A model generated the notes under the pieces. That model was given only the letters and a program-made list of their open reading frames with translations, did no database searches and was not told where the DNA came from. Shown one piece after another: positions 29,325 to 39,522 of a DNA stretch of 64,000 nt. Origin of the DNA: Halobacteriota archaeon (GTDB lineage: Archaea; Halobacteriota; Bog-38; Methanoflorentales; Methanoflorentaceae); the NCBI GenBank assembly GCA_050013755.1, contig JBEKER010000001.1, positions 37,595 through 101,594 on the forward strand. Direction: 5' to 3'. The translations under genes were made by a program, and so were the position numbers. Positions within the stretch are counted from its first letter, which is position 1. Each line of letters opens with the position of its first letter.

Positions 29325-30578
29325 TTGCCCGTAATTATGGAAGCGAAACAAGTTATACAGCTAGTTGCAGTGTGCATCATTTTGGCCGCGTGTGTCACGA
29401 CAGCGATCCCTCGAGCAGCCGCCGCCGAAATCAGAGTAGGCTCGGGGGGACAGTATCGGACGATCTCCGAAGCCGTTAAATCTGCACAGCCAGGCGACAC
29501 TGTGCTCGTCGGACCTGGAACGTACGTCGAAAATATCGTAGTTGATAAGCCTGTCAAGGTTGTTTCCACGAATGGAGAGTCAGCAACGGTAGTCAAGGCT
29601 GCTGACACGGGCAAAGATGTTTTCCTGCTGAGCGGTAGCGGCATCACGATCCAGGGGTTTACCGTAACCTCGGGGAAGATGGGGGTCGCGTTTGGGCACA
29701 CATCGAACTGCGTACTTACCGCGTGTGTGGTGAATGGCAACGGTTTTGGAGTCTACTTATCTGGCGCTACGGGCAATCTGGTAAGCAACAACAACCTGAA
29801 TGGTAACGGTTTTGGGATCTACTTGGACGGGTCGTCCGGAAATAAACTGTCGAATAACAGCGCCTCGAATGAAAAGGGTGGCGGCGGAAATGCATCTCTA
29901 AGCGACGGCATTTATATGTTTAACTCTAACGCTAACAACGTCACGCGCTGTGACTTGAGCAACAACCAAAACTTTGGAGTATCTCTATTCAACTCAAAGA
30001 ATAACGCGTTTTCAAACAACACGCTCAGCTCGAACGCTCAATTTGGCGTGCGTCTTCGCGATGGAGCCAACAATAACCAGTTCTCGTTCAACACCTTCAA
30101 GACAAACGCTGAAAACGGTGTGCTGATAGGTGATTCGCAAGCTAACACGTTTTATTTCAATAACTTCTTGGCCGAAAAAAGCAATTTTTACACGCAAGAG
30201 GGCAACAACATCAACTCCACAAAGAAGCTCAACTATACCTATGGCGGCAATGTGTTTAGCGGATTCGTCGGTAACTACTACTCAAATTATGTCGGATCCG
30301 ATGCAGACCGAAACGGAATCGGAGACCCCCCGGTTGGCCAAGACAAGTATCCTCTTGTCAAGCCTGTCGAAAACTATGGTATGGTTCAACCGACTCCGAC
30401 GCCAACGGCATCCCCGTCTGCCGCTGCGTCCACCACTTCAACCGCATACGCGAATTCTACAGTGCCCTCTGCAGGCCAGCGTGCTCCAGCAGGTACGCCT
30501 GGATTCGAAACTGCGTCAGCGATGTTTGGGTTGCTGTTTGCGGCTGTAATCGCCGTGATATTGAAGAGAATGCGGTGA
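29325..30578 (+). CDS. parallel beta-helix repeat (PbH1/NosD-like) cell-surface protein with PGF-CTERM sorting signal
   Basis: signal peptide; repeated 'GNGFGVYLSGATGNLVSNNNLNGNGFGIYLDGSSGNKLSNN'; C-terminal Thr/Pro linker then 'PGFETASAMFGLLFAAVIAVILKRMR'. Confidence 0.75.
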   Translation: MPVIMEAKQVIQLVAVCIILAACVTTAIPRAAAAEIRVGSGGQYRTISEAVKSAQPGDTVLVGPGTYVENIVVDKPVKVVSTNGESATVVKAADTGKDVFLLSGSGITIQGFTVTSGKMGVAFGHTSNCVLTACVVNGNGFGVYLSGATGNLVSNNNLNGNGFGIYLDGSSGNKLSNNSASNEKGGGGNASLSDGIYMFNSNANNVTRCDLSNNQNFGVSLFNSKNNAFSNNTLSSNAQFGVRLRDGANNNQFSFNTFKTNAENGVLIGDSQANTFYFNNFLAEKSNFYTQEGNNINSTKKLNYTYGGNVFSGFVGNYYSNYVGSDADRNGIGDPPVGQDKYPLVKPVENYGMVQPTPTPTASPSAAASTTSTAYANSTVPSAGQRAPAGTPGFETASAMFGLLFAAVIAVILKRMR

Positions 30579-30671
30579 CGAGGGAACTCCTACGGTATTG
30601 AGGTTAAGCGCTCCGGCGATTAACGCCAAGCTAGTCTCTCTCGAGCTTGGGTCGCGCTCTCGGCGGGTTAG

Positions 30672-31229
30672 TCAGGGGTCGTCCACAGCTGTTTTTGCAA
30701 AACTCGTGGAAGGAAACGTCTCAGTAATCTGCATTAGTACCATCCCGTGACTAATGATATCGTATGTCCGCGACAGCAGCAGCACGTTATGAGGAACGCC
30801 AAACAAGTCGCTAAGCTCATCGTTCGAAGTGGTATCAACTCTTCTGATTTCGCGCCGTGATTCAATTCCTCGCTGCGCCATGATTCGTCCGATCGGTATG
30901 TCAGCTTTCATTAGGTCGTGTCTAAACTCTTTTTGCAGGCGTGCGATAGGCGTGTAGGACTCGGCGTAGATCAGTGGTCGGTCATCATCGTCGTTTTTGA
31001 GAACGACGACGCGATAGTTTATGTTGTCGCCCTCCTCTACATCCAGCGCTGCGGCTCTCTCGGTGTCTGCTCTGACAACCTGTTGAAGCAACGTCTTTAC
31101 TACAATAGGTTTCCCAGTTAGCACTTCGAGCAGAGTCGTAACTGAGCCGTCTGTCATCAGCAACAGTCGCTGCGCCTTCGACAGTGGAACGTTCGGATCT
31201 TTCATACGAATCTTTAGACCTCCTAGCAC
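30672..31229 (-). CDS. hypothetical protein, possible chorismate-lyase/UTRA-like fold
   Basis: 185 aa; weak resemblance to UbiC-like proteins ('LLMTDGSVTTLLEVLTG'); immediately downstream of beta-RFAP synthase on the same strand. Confidence 0.3.
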   Translation of the reverse strand: MLGGLKIRMKDPNVPLSKAQRLLLMTDGSVTTLLEVLTGKPIVVKTLLQQVVRADTERAAALDVEEGDNINYRVVVLKNDDDDRPLIYAESYTPIARLQKEFRHDLMKADIPIGRIMAQRGIESRREIRRVDTTSNDELSDLFGVPHNVLLLSRTYDIISHGMVLMQITETFPSTSFAKTAVDDP

Positions 31230-32204
31230 TCAGGAGTCCGGAGCCTGTCGGCCGGACGAGATCTTACGGACGTACGCGCCGCTGTTTTGCGCTTTTATGG
31301 CGTGGACTTCGCCACCGATAGTCTCCTTCAAGTAACGCTCAGCCGCCGTTTGTAGTTGCTTTCCATCGGCTATCCCATATACGGCGGGGCCAAACGAGCT
31401 CATTCCGGCACCCAACGCCCCGTTTTCTCTCATGAATCGAACAAGGTGCGCACAGAACGGCTGCAGTTCAAGTTCTCGGCGCTTGAAACCCAGCATCTGA
31501 ACTCGATCGATCGATCGGCCGAAACTTTCGATGTCGCGTTCCACGACTGCCGGAAGCATTTCCATTAAAATAACGTGACATAGCTCCTGGATCTCGGTAA
31601 GCGGCAGTGGACAGTTTTGTTTGAATATATCGACCTCGCGTCTATCGCTCGCGCCGTGTAGATTTGGGATGGCAAGAACGATCGTCCAATCCGGAAAATC
31701 GTGACGGACGATCATCGGGGCAGGGGCATATTTTCCAGAAGCCGACGATGGCAAGAACGCCGTCTTGCCTTTGTGACCCCCATCAATAATGAAGCCACCC
31801 CGCTCGTACGCTGCGACGCCGATACCGGAGGTGCCCCCCCTTCCCGTCAGTTGGGCAATGGCCTTTGGCGTCAAACGCAGGTCGTAGAGTTCGCTTATCG
31901 CCGTTCCGACCGCCAGCGCGACTTGGGTTCCTGAGCCTAGTCCAACGTGAGCAGGAAATTCGTCGACGACCTCGATCGCTACGCCCGCGACATCGTGCTG
32001 CCTCATGATCGCTGACGCCGCTCTTTTTATTCGGTTTTCGAACGTTGTGTTTCCTGAAACCGAAAGCTGAGCGTCTTCTCGCGCGTTGATCTTCACTGAT
32101 GGAAAGTCGAGAGTGAGTCCGACACCACCGTCAATGCGTCCAAGCGAGCCGTTCAAGTCAATAAGGGTGATATGAAGTCTCGATGGCGTAACTACTTCGA
32201 TCAT
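31230..32204 (-). CDS. mptG: beta-ribofuranosylaminobenzene 5'-phosphate synthase (MptG, GHMP-kinase-like fold)
   Basis: N-terminus 'VVTPSRLHITLIDLNGSLGRIDGGVGLTL' matches the beta-RFAP synthase signature; 324 aa. Confidence 0.7.
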   Translation of the reverse strand: MIEVVTPSRLHITLIDLNGSLGRIDGGVGLTLDFPSVKINAREDAQLSVSGNTTFENRIKRAASAIMRQHDVAGVAIEVVDEFPAHVGLGSGTQVALAVGTAISELYDLRLTPKAIAQLTGRGGTSGIGVAAYERGGFIIDGGHKGKTAFLPSSASGKYAPAPMIVRHDFPDWTIVLAIPNLHGASDRREVDIFKQNCPLPLTEIQELCHVILMEMLPAVVERDIESFGRSIDRVQMLGFKRRELELQPFCAHLVRFMRENGALGAGMSSFGPAVYGIADGKQLQTAAERYLKETIGGEVHAIKAQNSGAYVRKISSGRQAPDS

Positions 32205-33100
32205 GTCGTTTCTCGCGTCGATGTCTCCGGTTCAATATGAATAATGACCTCCTTAACGTTTGGCACGCGCGTTTGTATCTCTTTTTCCAGTTTGTTGGCG
32301 ATGTTGTGCGCGTCTCCAAGACTAAGGTTCGGCCCGACGTGGATGCTTACGTCCACGAATATGCTGCTGCCGGCTTGGCGGGCCCGAAGATCATGGAAGG
32401 CAGTTATGTCGCGGTTATCCGTTATAACGTCTCTGATCTTTGACGTTATCTCCTTTGGTGGGGCGGCGTCGACGAGGACCCGCGTCGTTTTTCGTCCGAG
32501 CCGGATAGAAGTCGTAAGCATTATGATCGCGACGAAGATCGCGGCCAAAGGGTCGACGACGGCGTACCCGAACTTGGCTGCCACCAAGCCGAGAAGCACA
32601 GCTGCGGAGCTATAGATGTCCGTTGAGAAGTGATAGGCGTCGGCTTCCAAGGCCGAACTTCCGTATTTTCGGGCGTTTTGAAAAAGGTACCGTGAAACGC
32701 TGAAATCTGCGATGATGGCAAAAACCATGATGGCGATGGCGTAATAAAGCGTAGAGTCTATCTGGATAGCAAATCCTGTGAGAAGTCGCAGGCCCGCCTC
32801 ATAGAAGATCCATATGCTTGTAACGCCAAGAAGTGCGGTCTGCACGAGGCTTGAAAAGTTTTCGAACTTCTCGTGCCCGTAGGGATGTTCCTCATCGAAT
32901 GGCCTATTTGCGCTTCTGATGCCCGTGTAAGCAAAGCCCGAAGCAAGAAGGTCGAGCAGCGAATGTGCCGCTTCGGCGAGCATTCCTAGACTGCCACTTG
33001 CAACCCCCACGATAATTTTCGTGGAGAGCAGAAGCACATTCACGAAAACTGAAAAAGTTGCAGCGCGAAGCTTTTGGGCTGCGCCGCTGGCGTCGTCCAT
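32201..33100 (-). CDS. cation diffusion facilitator family transporter (CzcD-like)
   Basis: 'HSLLDLLASGFAYTG...EHPYGHEKFENFSSL', six TMs, C-terminal cytoplasmic domain. Confidence 0.85.
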   Translation of the reverse strand: MDDASGAAQKLRAATFSVFVNVLLLSTKIIVGVASGSLGMLAEAAHSLLDLLASGFAYTGIRSANRPFDEEHPYGHEKFENFSSLVQTALLGVTSIWIFYEAGLRLLTGFAIQIDSTLYYAIAIMVFAIIADFSVSRYLFQNARKYGSSALEADAYHFSTDIYSSAAVLLGLVAAKFGYAVVDPLAAIFVAIIMLTTSIRLGRKTTRVLVDAAPPKEITSKIRDVITDNRDITAFHDLRARQAGSSIFVDVSIHVGPNLSLGDAHNIANKLEKEIQTRVPNVKEVIIHIEPETSTRETT

Positions 33101-33200
33101 TCTTGGCCCTTTATATAGGTTTTACTTTATTTAGGAGTATCGGAATCGCGTGACGCGAGCCGCAGCAGCGTCAGAAACCTTTAAGTAACTTTGTTGCACT

Positions 33201-33208
33201 TTTAAAAA
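33201..33208 (+). promoter_or_regulatory. TATA box (TTTAAAAA) of the ribosomal-protein operon
   Basis: about 40 nt upstream of the ATG at 33247 in a 146-bp intergenic region after divergent upstream genes. Confidence 0.45.
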
Positions 33209-33246
33209 CTACACGGGTCAGGCGTTATCACGCAGAATGTGCAAAG

Positions 33247-34038
33247 ATGCACCCCAAGATACAGCTCGCAGTGCCCTCATCCTTGACCATCGAAACTGCC
33301 GATCATAAAATAAAGACATACAAGGTCGGACAAGTCGCTCGGGCGGCAGCAATATTTGGGGTGCAATGCGTCACAATTTACCGTGACGCTGCGTACGATG
33401 ACAGCCGATTCATCGCGTCGATATTGCAGTACATGGAGGCGCCGCAGTACCTTCGAAAGCTGCTTTTCCCGCGCTCAAATGAGTTGCGATCCGTCGGGGT
33501 GGTCCCCCCGTTGAAGACCCCTCATCACGCGCGACCGCGTGATGACATTCGAGAAGGAATTGTGATAGACGTCGGAACTGACTGCGCTTGGGTTGAAATC
33601 GGTTTGGATTGCCCGGCCCTTTTGCGAACAGCCACGTTGCGCAAAGGGGAGCGCGTGACAGTTAAGATCTTTTCGCGAGATCCGCTTGAAGTTGGACTGA
33701 CTCAGAGGCCGCCGCGTTATTGGGGGTATTCGGTCCGGGTGGTCGATAGCATCGCAGACGCGTTGGAGGGGTTGGTCATAGCCACGTCGAGGCAAGGACA
33801 GCCAATAAGTCCCGCCATACACAATGAAATAAGAAGGAGAAGCGCCGAATTGATGACTTTCGTATTTGGGGCTCCCAACCGTGGAGTAGAAGCCTTACTC
33901 CAGGAAGCGGGGCTATCGCTGACGGATGCTTCAGACTTTGTCGTTAACACGATTCCGCAGCAAGGGACAGAAACGGTGCGCACAGAAGAAGCTATCGTGG
34001 CCACGTTGAGCGTGTTCAATATCGCGCTGCACGAATGA
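33247..34038 (+). CDS. predicted SPOUT-class RNA methyltransferase (DUF171/COG2106), first gene of the r-protein operon
   Basis: 263 aa; conserved archaeal position immediately upstream of rpl3. Confidence 0.55.
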   Translation: MHPKIQLAVPSSLTIETADHKIKTYKVGQVARAAAIFGVQCVTIYRDAAYDDSRFIASILQYMEAPQYLRKLLFPRSNELRSVGVVPPLKTPHHARPRDDIREGIVIDVGTDCAWVEIGLDCPALLRTATLRKGERVTVKIFSRDPLEVGLTQRPPRYWGYSVRVVDSIADALEGLVIATSRQGQPISPAIHNEIRRRSAELMTFVFGAPNRGVEALLQEAGLSLTDASDFVVNTIPQQGTETVRTEEAIVATLSVFNIALHE

Positions 34039-34047
34039 GGTAAACTA

Positions 34048-35040
34048 ATGACAAAAAGACATCGTCCGAGACGCGGATCGCTCGCCTACAGCCCGCGAAA
34101 GAGGGCAAAGAGCGAAGTGCCGAGAATCCGCTCCTGGCCAGAGCAAGATGAGCCGCGAATACTGGGATTCGCGGGCTACAAAGCCGGGATGACGCACGTG
34201 ATCTTAGTCGATGATGCCCCTAATAGCCCAACTGAAGGTTTGGAGATAAGCGTGCCCGCCACGGTCGTGGAAACTCCTGCGATGAAAGTTGCGGCCGTAC
34301 GGACATATCGTAAGACGCCCTATGGAAAGCGCGTTGTGCTCGAAGCTTGGGCCGAAAACATCGCAGCCGATGTTGCGAAGCGCAAGCCGGTTCCGAAGGA
34401 CGCAGTACGCCGTGATGGGGGTCTCGACGGTGCGGACGAGATCCGCGTGCTGGTTTATACCTCGCCAGCGGCGGTTAGTGGCATTCCAAAGAAGGTGCCT
34501 GAACTGATGGAAGTGCTTATTGGTGGAGACGATGTAAGCGCTGCGTATACATACGCGGACGATATCTTGGGAAAAGCAATCGATGCTGAGAACGTCTTCA
34601 AAGAAGGTATGCTAGTCGACGTAATCGCAGTGACAAAGGGCAAAGGGGTTCAGGGGCCAGTCAAACGGTGGGGCGTCACCATCCAGGATCGAAAAGCCTT
34701 CAGGGGTGGCAAGGGGCGCCACATCGGGAATCTTGGTCCGTGGAACCCAGCGCGTGTTAGGTGGACGGTTCCCCAACTTGGTCAGATGGGCTATCAACAA
34801 AGAACTGAGTACAATAAGCGAATACTTAAAATCGGACCGGACGGAGCTGTAGTGACTCCCGCGGGCGGATTTATCAAATATGGGCTCGTTCGAGGCGCGT
34901 ACGTTCTTCTCCACGGATCGATTCCAGGACCTGCCAAGAGGCTCATTAGAATGAGATCGGCCACCAGGCCACACAAAACCGCACACACGGTTCCTGATCT
35001 GAGCTACGTTAGCGTTCGATCGAAGCAAGGAGTGAGATGA
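34048..35040 (+). CDS. rpl3: 50S ribosomal protein L3 (uL3)
   Basis: 'MTKRHRPRRGSLAYSPRKRA...'; 330 aa. Confidence 0.95.
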   Translation: MTKRHRPRRGSLAYSPRKRAKSEVPRIRSWPEQDEPRILGFAGYKAGMTHVILVDDAPNSPTEGLEISVPATVVETPAMKVAAVRTYRKTPYGKRVVLEAWAENIAADVAKRKPVPKDAVRRDGGLDGADEIRVLVYTSPAAVSGIPKKVPELMEVLIGGDDVSAAYTYADDILGKAIDAENVFKEGMLVDVIAVTKGKGVQGPVKRWGVTIQDRKAFRGGKGRHIGNLGPWNPARVRWTVPQLGQMGYQQRTEYNKRILKIGPDGAVVTPAGGFIKYGLVRGAYVLLHGSIPGPAKRLIRMRSATRPHKTAHTVPDLSYVSVRSKQGVR

Positions 35041-35041
35041 G

Positions 35042-35785
35042 ATGAAGGGGCGACTAATGAGTCTGAAGGGAAAGGCCAGAAAGAATATCGATCTTCCGGA
35101 GCTTTTCGACGAACTCTACCGCCCAGATCTCATAAAAAAGGCAGTCGTCGTTTCGCAGGCAAATAGGAAACAGGCCTATGGACCGCAGTCCACGGCGGGC
35201 CTTAAGACCTCAGCGGAATCGTGGGGTTCGGGGCGGGGGGTCGCGCAAGTCCCGCGATTGAAGAACTCCAGCAGGGTCGCCAGGGTGCCGCAAGCGGTTG
35301 GCGGAAGAAAAGCACATCCGCCAAACTCAAAGAAGGTATTTTTCGAGAAGATAAACAAGAAGGAAAGGCAGAAAGCGATGCGATCTGCAATCGCAGCCAC
35401 CGCAAAACCTGATCTAGTCAAAGCGCGGGGTCATCGGTTTGAAGGAACCCTTCCGCTCATACTTGAGGACGCCTTCGAAGAGTTGTCCACAACCAGCGAA
35501 ATAGCAGCAGTACTGGCCGCGCTCAACGTCTGGCAAGACGTAGAGAAAGCGAAACGCGGCAAACGCGTGCGTGCCGGGAAAGGCAAGCGGCGGGGCCGAC
35601 GCTATAAGCACAAAAAGAGCGTCCTCATCATCTGTACGAGGCCCGTGTTGGCAGCGCGCAATTTGCCCGGAGTTGATGTTGTATCTGTGGATCAGTTAAA
35701 CGTCGAGCTTCTAGCTCCGGGTACGCACGCTGGTAGACTCACAATATGGACCCAGTCGGCGATAAATGCCTTAGGAAAAGGGTAG
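35042..35785 (+). CDS. rpl4: 50S ribosomal protein L4 (uL4)
   Basis: operon position and sequence. Confidence 0.9.
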   Translation: MKGRLMSLKGKARKNIDLPELFDELYRPDLIKKAVVVSQANRKQAYGPQSTAGLKTSAESWGSGRGVAQVPRLKNSSRVARVPQAVGGRKAHPPNSKKVFFEKINKKERQKAMRSAIAATAKPDLVKARGHRFEGTLPLILEDAFEELSTTSEIAAVLAALNVWQDVEKAKRGKRVRAGKGKRRGRRYKHKKSVLIICTRPVLAARNLPGVDVVSVDQLNVELLAPGTHAGRLTIWTQSAINALGKG

Positions 35786-35789
35786 CGTT

Positions 35790-36035
35790 ATGTTGAAACA
35801 CGCGTATGTAACCGAGAAGGCGACAGCTCAGCTTGACAGAGAGAACAAGCTCACGTTCATCGCTGACGTCGAAGATACAAAAGACGACATAAAAAAAGCG
35901 GTGGAAGAAATCTACAACGTCACGGTCGTCGACGTGAAGACGCTCGTTACACCCAAAGGGCTCAAAAAAGCTACTATTACGCTTTCAAGCGACGATTCTG
36001 CTGAAGAGATCGCATCAAAACTTGGAATCTTCTAA
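35790..36035 (+). CDS. rpl23: 50S ribosomal protein L23 (uL23)
   Basis: 81 aa; position between L4 and L2. Confidence 0.9.
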   Translation: MLKHAYVTEKATAQLDRENKLTFIADVEDTKDDIKKAVEEIYNVTVVDVKTLVTPKGLKKATITLSSDDSAEEIASKLGIF

Positions 36036-36047
36036 CGGAGTCGGGAT

Positions 36048-36761
36048 ATGGGCAAGAGAATTATATCGCAAAATCGGGGGAGGGGAACACCGACCTATCG
36101 GGCACCGTCTCACCGCTATAAGGCAGCCTTGAAATTGATCAAAGCTGACAAGGATGAGGATGTGAAAGCGCGCGTAGTCGAGGTCCTTCACGACCCTGCC
36201 CGCAGCGCCCCCATAGCGCGAGTTGAGTTGGCGGATGGAACGGAGCGCTTGATACTAGTACCAGAGGGCCTTTGCGTGGGCGATGAAATCGCGTGCGGAG
36301 CGTCAGCAGAGGTCAAAGCTGGCAATATTCTGCCGCTTGCCGAAATCCCGGAAGGGGTGCCGATCTGCAGTATTGAATCGCAACCTGGCGACGGAGGTTG
36401 TTTCGCGCGGGCATCGGGCGTCTATGGGATGCTGATCGCGCACGACGTGCAAAAAACTGTCGTGCAACTGCCCAGTGGCGAAATGAAATGGCTCCATCCG
36501 CATTGCCGAGCAATGATAGGAATGGTGGCAGGTGGAGGACGCCTTGACAAGCCCTTTGTCAAAGCAGGCAAGAAGTTCCACAAGATGCGTTCAAGAGCAG
36601 CAAAATATCCTCGTGTGCGCGGGGTTGCCATGAACGTGGTAGACCACCCATTTGGCGGTGGTGGTTGGCAGCATCCGGGCCGCCCAAAAACGGTCAGCCG
36701 AAATGCTCCACCGGGCCGGAAAGTTGGCAGCATTGCAGCTCGCCGCACCGGTAAACGATAG
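36048..36761 (+). CDS. rpl2: 50S ribosomal protein L2 (uL2)
   Basis: '[30 protein letters not shown]'. Confidence 0.95.
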   Translation: MGKRIISQNRGRGTPTYRAPSHRYKAALKLIKADKDEDVKARVVEVLHDPARSAPIARVELADGTERLILVPEGLCVGDEIACGASAEVKAGNILPLAEIPEGVPICSIESQPGDGGCFARASGVYGMLIAHDVQKTVVQLPSGEMKWLHPHCRAMIGMVAGGGRLDKPFVKAGKKFHKMRSRAAKYPRVRGVAMNVVDHPFGGGGWQHPGRPKTVSRNAPPGRKVGSIAARRTGKR

Positions 36762-36784
36762 TCAAACCAAGAGCTGGTGAAAGT

Positions 36785-37195
36785 ATGGCTAAGAGAAGAA
36801 AAGTAGAAGCGCCACGCCGAAAGGAGGAGTTCTCGTATAGGGGGCATTCCCCTGAGGAGCTCAAGGACCTGGAGCTCGATAGATTGGCTCAGCTCTTTCC
36901 TGCGCGTCAACGCAGAAAGCTCAAGAGAGAACTCACGGAAGATCAAAAAAAGCTTTTGCAAAAGATACGAGAGGGCAAAACCATCCGCACCCATCAGAGA
37001 GACATGATCGTTCTCCCTGAGATGTTCGGCACCTCGATCGGAGTCCACGACGGAAAGACGTTCGCCATCGTCGAGATTATGCCGGAAATGGTAGGGCATT
37101 ACCTTGGGGAATACGCGCTCACACGGCGACGGGTATCACACGGCGGTCCGGGCGTGGGAGCGACACGATCCAGTAGATACGTTCCACTGAAGTGA
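36785..37195 (+). CDS. rps19: 30S ribosomal protein S19 (uS19)
   Basis: '[28 protein letters not shown]'. Confidence 0.95.
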   Translation: MAKRRKVEAPRRKEEFSYRGHSPEELKDLELDRLAQLFPARQRRKLKRELTEDQKKLLQKIREGKTIRTHQRDMIVLPEMFGTSIGVHDGKTFAIVEIMPEMVGHYLGEYALTRRRVSHGGPGVGATRSSRYVPLK

Positions 37196-37199
37196 TCTA

Positions 37200-37670
37200 A
37201 TGGCGTTCACCAAGTATTCAGTCGAGTTTGACAACGAGAAAACGGCCCGCTCGCAAGGCCATGAGCTTCACGTATCGCCGCGACACTGCGTGGAGATATG
37301 TAGAGAGCTGCGGGGAAAGTCGCTCGCAGAAGCCAAATCCTATTTGGAAGGAATTATTGAGCTCAAGAAGCCCGTGCCGTTCAAGCGCCACAATTCAGGC
37401 GTCGGACATCGCGCGGGGTTAAGTGGATGGGACGCAGGCCGATTTCCGCAGAAAGCAGCCCGGGGCATACTTACGGTCGTAAAGAGCGCGGAAGCGAATG
37501 CTGAATACAAAGGGCTCGATTCGGATCGAATGCAGATCGTCCACAGTTTGGCGAGAAGGGGGCGGGTCATTGAAGGTAGGATGGCTCGCGCGATGGGACG
37601 CGCCACCGCAAAGAACACGTCCACGGCAACGGTCGAAATCGTGCTCCAGGAGTTTGAAAATGGGGATTGA
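37200..37670 (+). CDS. rpl22: 50S ribosomal protein L22 (uL22)
   Basis: 156 aa; operon position. Confidence 0.9.
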   Translation: MAFTKYSVEFDNEKTARSQGHELHVSPRHCVEICRELRGKSLAEAKSYLEGIIELKKPVPFKRHNSGVGHRAGLSGWDAGRFPQKAARGILTVVKSAEANAEYKGLDSDRMQIVHSLARRGRVIEGRMARAMGRATAKNTSTATVEIVLQEFENGD

Positions 37671-38325
37671 GAAAAAATTCATAGAGGAGGGCTTGAAGAG
37701 ATCTCAGATGAACGAGTACTTCAACAAGGAGCTAGAGCGCGCAGGCTATGGTGGCATGGAGATCAATCGTACTCCTCTCGGCACGCACATCACCTTGTAC
37801 GCAGAGAAACCCGGAATGATCATCGGAAAGAGCGGCAAAACGATCAGACGAGTCACCAGAGAGCTCGATGCGAATTTTAAACTTGACAACCCACAGCTCG
37901 ACGTCCAGGAGATCGAAGTTCCGGAGCTAAACGCGCAAATAATGGCGCACCGGTTAGCTAACGCGCTTGAGCGGGGTTGGTATTTCAGAAAGGCAGGACA
38001 ATCGACGCTCCAGCGGGTTATGGACGCCGGTGCGCTTGGGTGCGAAGTAATCCTAGCGGGAAAGATTACAGGCCCGCGATCGCGAACCGAGAAGTTTCTC
38101 GCCGGATACATTAAGCACTGCGGAAAACCTGCTGAAGAGCTGGTAATGAAAGGCTACGCAGTCGCGAAACGGAAACTTGGGATCATCGGAGTCAAAGTCT
38201 TCATTGTGCCTCCCGGAGTTAAACTTCCTGACGACATACGACTGATCGAACAAATACCAGCAGAAGAGGTGGAGTCGAATGGCAATATTGAGGAGCCAAG
38301 AGATACGCAAGATGAAACCGGGTGA
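37660..38325 (+). CDS. rps3: 30S ribosomal protein S3 (uS3)
   Basis: The tracked ORF starts at 37498. The real start is the ATG at 37660 ('[14 protein letters not shown]'), overlapping the rpl22 stop by 11 nt. KH domain '[25 protein letters not shown]'. Confidence 0.9.
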   Translation: MGIEKKFIEEGLKRSQMNEYFNKELERAGYGGMEINRTPLGTHITLYAEKPGMIIGKSGKTIRRVTRELDANFKLDNPQLDVQEIEVPELNAQIMAHRLANALERGWYFRKAGQSTLQRVMDAGALGCEVILAGKITGPRSRTEKFLAGYIKHCGKPAEELVMKGYAVAKRKLGIIGVKVFIVPPGVKLPDDIRLIEQIPAEEVESNGNIEEPRDTQDETG

Positions 38326-38497
38326 ACGAAGCGAGCAGCTTGACGATCTGATCGCGGAACTCTTAAGAGAGAGAGCGCTTGTGTCTGCAGGCGGCGCTCC
38401 AGAGAACCCGGGAAGACCAAAGGAGCTCCGAAGGACCATCGCTCGAATCCGCACAATTATGAACGAAGAGAAGAACGCCCGACCAGCGGGTACGTAG
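38279..38497 (+). CDS. rpl29: 50S ribosomal protein L29 (uL29)
   Basis: '[44 protein letters not shown]'; overlaps the rps3 3' end by 47 nt. Confidence 0.9.
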   Translation: MAILRSQEIRKMKPGERSEQLDDLIAELLRERALVSAGGAPENPGRPKELRRTIARIRTIMNEEKNARPAGT

Positions 38498-38502
38498 GTG
38501 CT

Positions 38503-38793
38503 ATGAGAATTACTCCTCAGAACTTCATGAATCACGAGCTCATTGGTTTGCATGTGACGCTGGTGAAGAGCACTAACAAGGACGCCGTCGGCTTGAGTGG
38601 GCGGATCATTGACGAAAGCAGAAACATTTTCAAATTGGAATGCTGCGGACAGGAAAAAACGACTGCCAAGCGCCACACGACATTTGAATTCACGCTGCCG
38701 GAAGGCGACAAAGTACGAGTACCCGGAGATCTTGTCCTGGGACGCCCAGAAGACCGCGTTGCAAAGAGTATTCGAAAATGGCACAACAGGTGA
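38503..38793 (+). CDS. rnp1: ribonuclease P protein component 1 (Rpp29/Pop4)
   Basis: 96 aa; '[34 protein letters not shown]'; canonical position between rpl29 and rps17. Confidence 0.85.
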   Translation: MRITPQNFMNHELIGLHVTLVKSTNKDAVGLSGRIIDESRNIFKLECCGQEKTTAKRHTTFEFTLPEGDKVRVPGDLVLGRPEDRVAKSIRKWHNR

Positions 38794-38797
38794 CAAC

Positions 38798-39118
38798 ATG
38801 CGAACGAATATTGGCTTTGACGTAGCTGCGCCCACAGAGGAGTGCAAGGACAGCAACTGTCCCTTTCACGGGACGCTTTCTGTGCGGGGGCAGGTTATCG
38901 ACGGAACGGTGGTGAGCGACAAAACTGCCCGAACCGTTGTAGTGCAGCGGGAGTACCTGAAATACATTCCGAAGTACGAGAGGTACGAAAAGAGGAAGTC
39001 GAAACTACACGCTCATAATCCGGATTGCGTCGCGGCAAAAACGGGAGACCGCGTTAGCCTAGCAGAATGCCGGCCGTTGTCCAAGACCAAGTCGTTCGTG
39101 GTGATTAAAGTACTATGA
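38798..39118 (+). CDS. rps17: 30S ribosomal protein S17 (uS17)
   Basis: Start ATG at 38798 ('[12 protein letters not shown]...[21 protein letters not shown]'). The tracked ORF begins upstream, overlapping rnp1. Confidence 0.9.
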   Translation: MRTNIGFDVAAPTEECKDSNCPFHGTLSVRGQVIDGTVVSDKTARTVVVQREYLKYIPKYERYEKRKSKLHAHNPDCVAAKTGDRVSLAECRPLSKTKSFVVIKVL

Positions 39119-39513
39119 AGTGCCTGAAGGCGAAGATTCCTCGATCGCTCGCAACGAGTTCGAAAATTGACTGCGTCGATAATACGGGGGCAAGAACCCT
39201 TGAGATTATCGCGGTCAAACGGTATCGGGGGGTTAAGAAGCGGCAACCCAAGGCGGGATTAGGCGAGATGGTCATAGTATCGGTCAAAAAAGGGGCGCCT
39301 GACATGCGCCGACAGATACTCAAGGCTGTCATCGTGCGGCAGAAAAAGGAATTCAGAAGGCCTGACGGGACGAGAGTGAAGTTTGAAGATAACGCAGCCG
39401 TCATCACCGATGACAACGGGGAGCCCCGCGGAACTGAGATCAAGGGGCCGATTGCCCGCGAAGTCGCAGAACGCTTCGGCAAGATTGCTTCGGTCGCTCA
39501 AATGATAGTGTGA
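39115..39513 (+). CDS. rpl14: 50S ribosomal protein L14 (uL14)
   Basis: '[17 protein letters not shown]'. Confidence 0.95.
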   Translation: MKCLKAKIPRSLATSSKIDCVDNTGARTLEIIAVKRYRGVKKRQPKAGLGEMVIVSVKKGAPDMRRQILKAVIVRQKKEFRRPDGTRVKFEDNAAVITDDNGEPRGTEIKGPIAREVAERFGKIASVAQMIV

Positions 39514-39522
39514 GGGTTCAGA

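Noticed and set aside
29231-29740. 169-aa minus-strand ORF overlapping the start of the beta-helix PGF-CTERM gene
   Set aside because: Overlaps the signal peptide and first beta-helix coils of a well-supported secreted protein; no recognisable features; likely spurious
36422-37099. 225-aa ORF on the minus strand inside the rpl2/rps19 region; similar long antisense ORFs at 38053-38856, 42814-43449, 45576-46115, 47540-47986, 47946-48440, 57207-57800, 21518-22114, 25694-26233
   Set aside because: All lie antisense to or out of frame with strongly supported conserved genes (r-proteins, SecY, Adk/Cmk, S2P, PUA protein, ArtA). They are Arg/Ser/Pro-rich GC-driven shadow ORFs with no motifs
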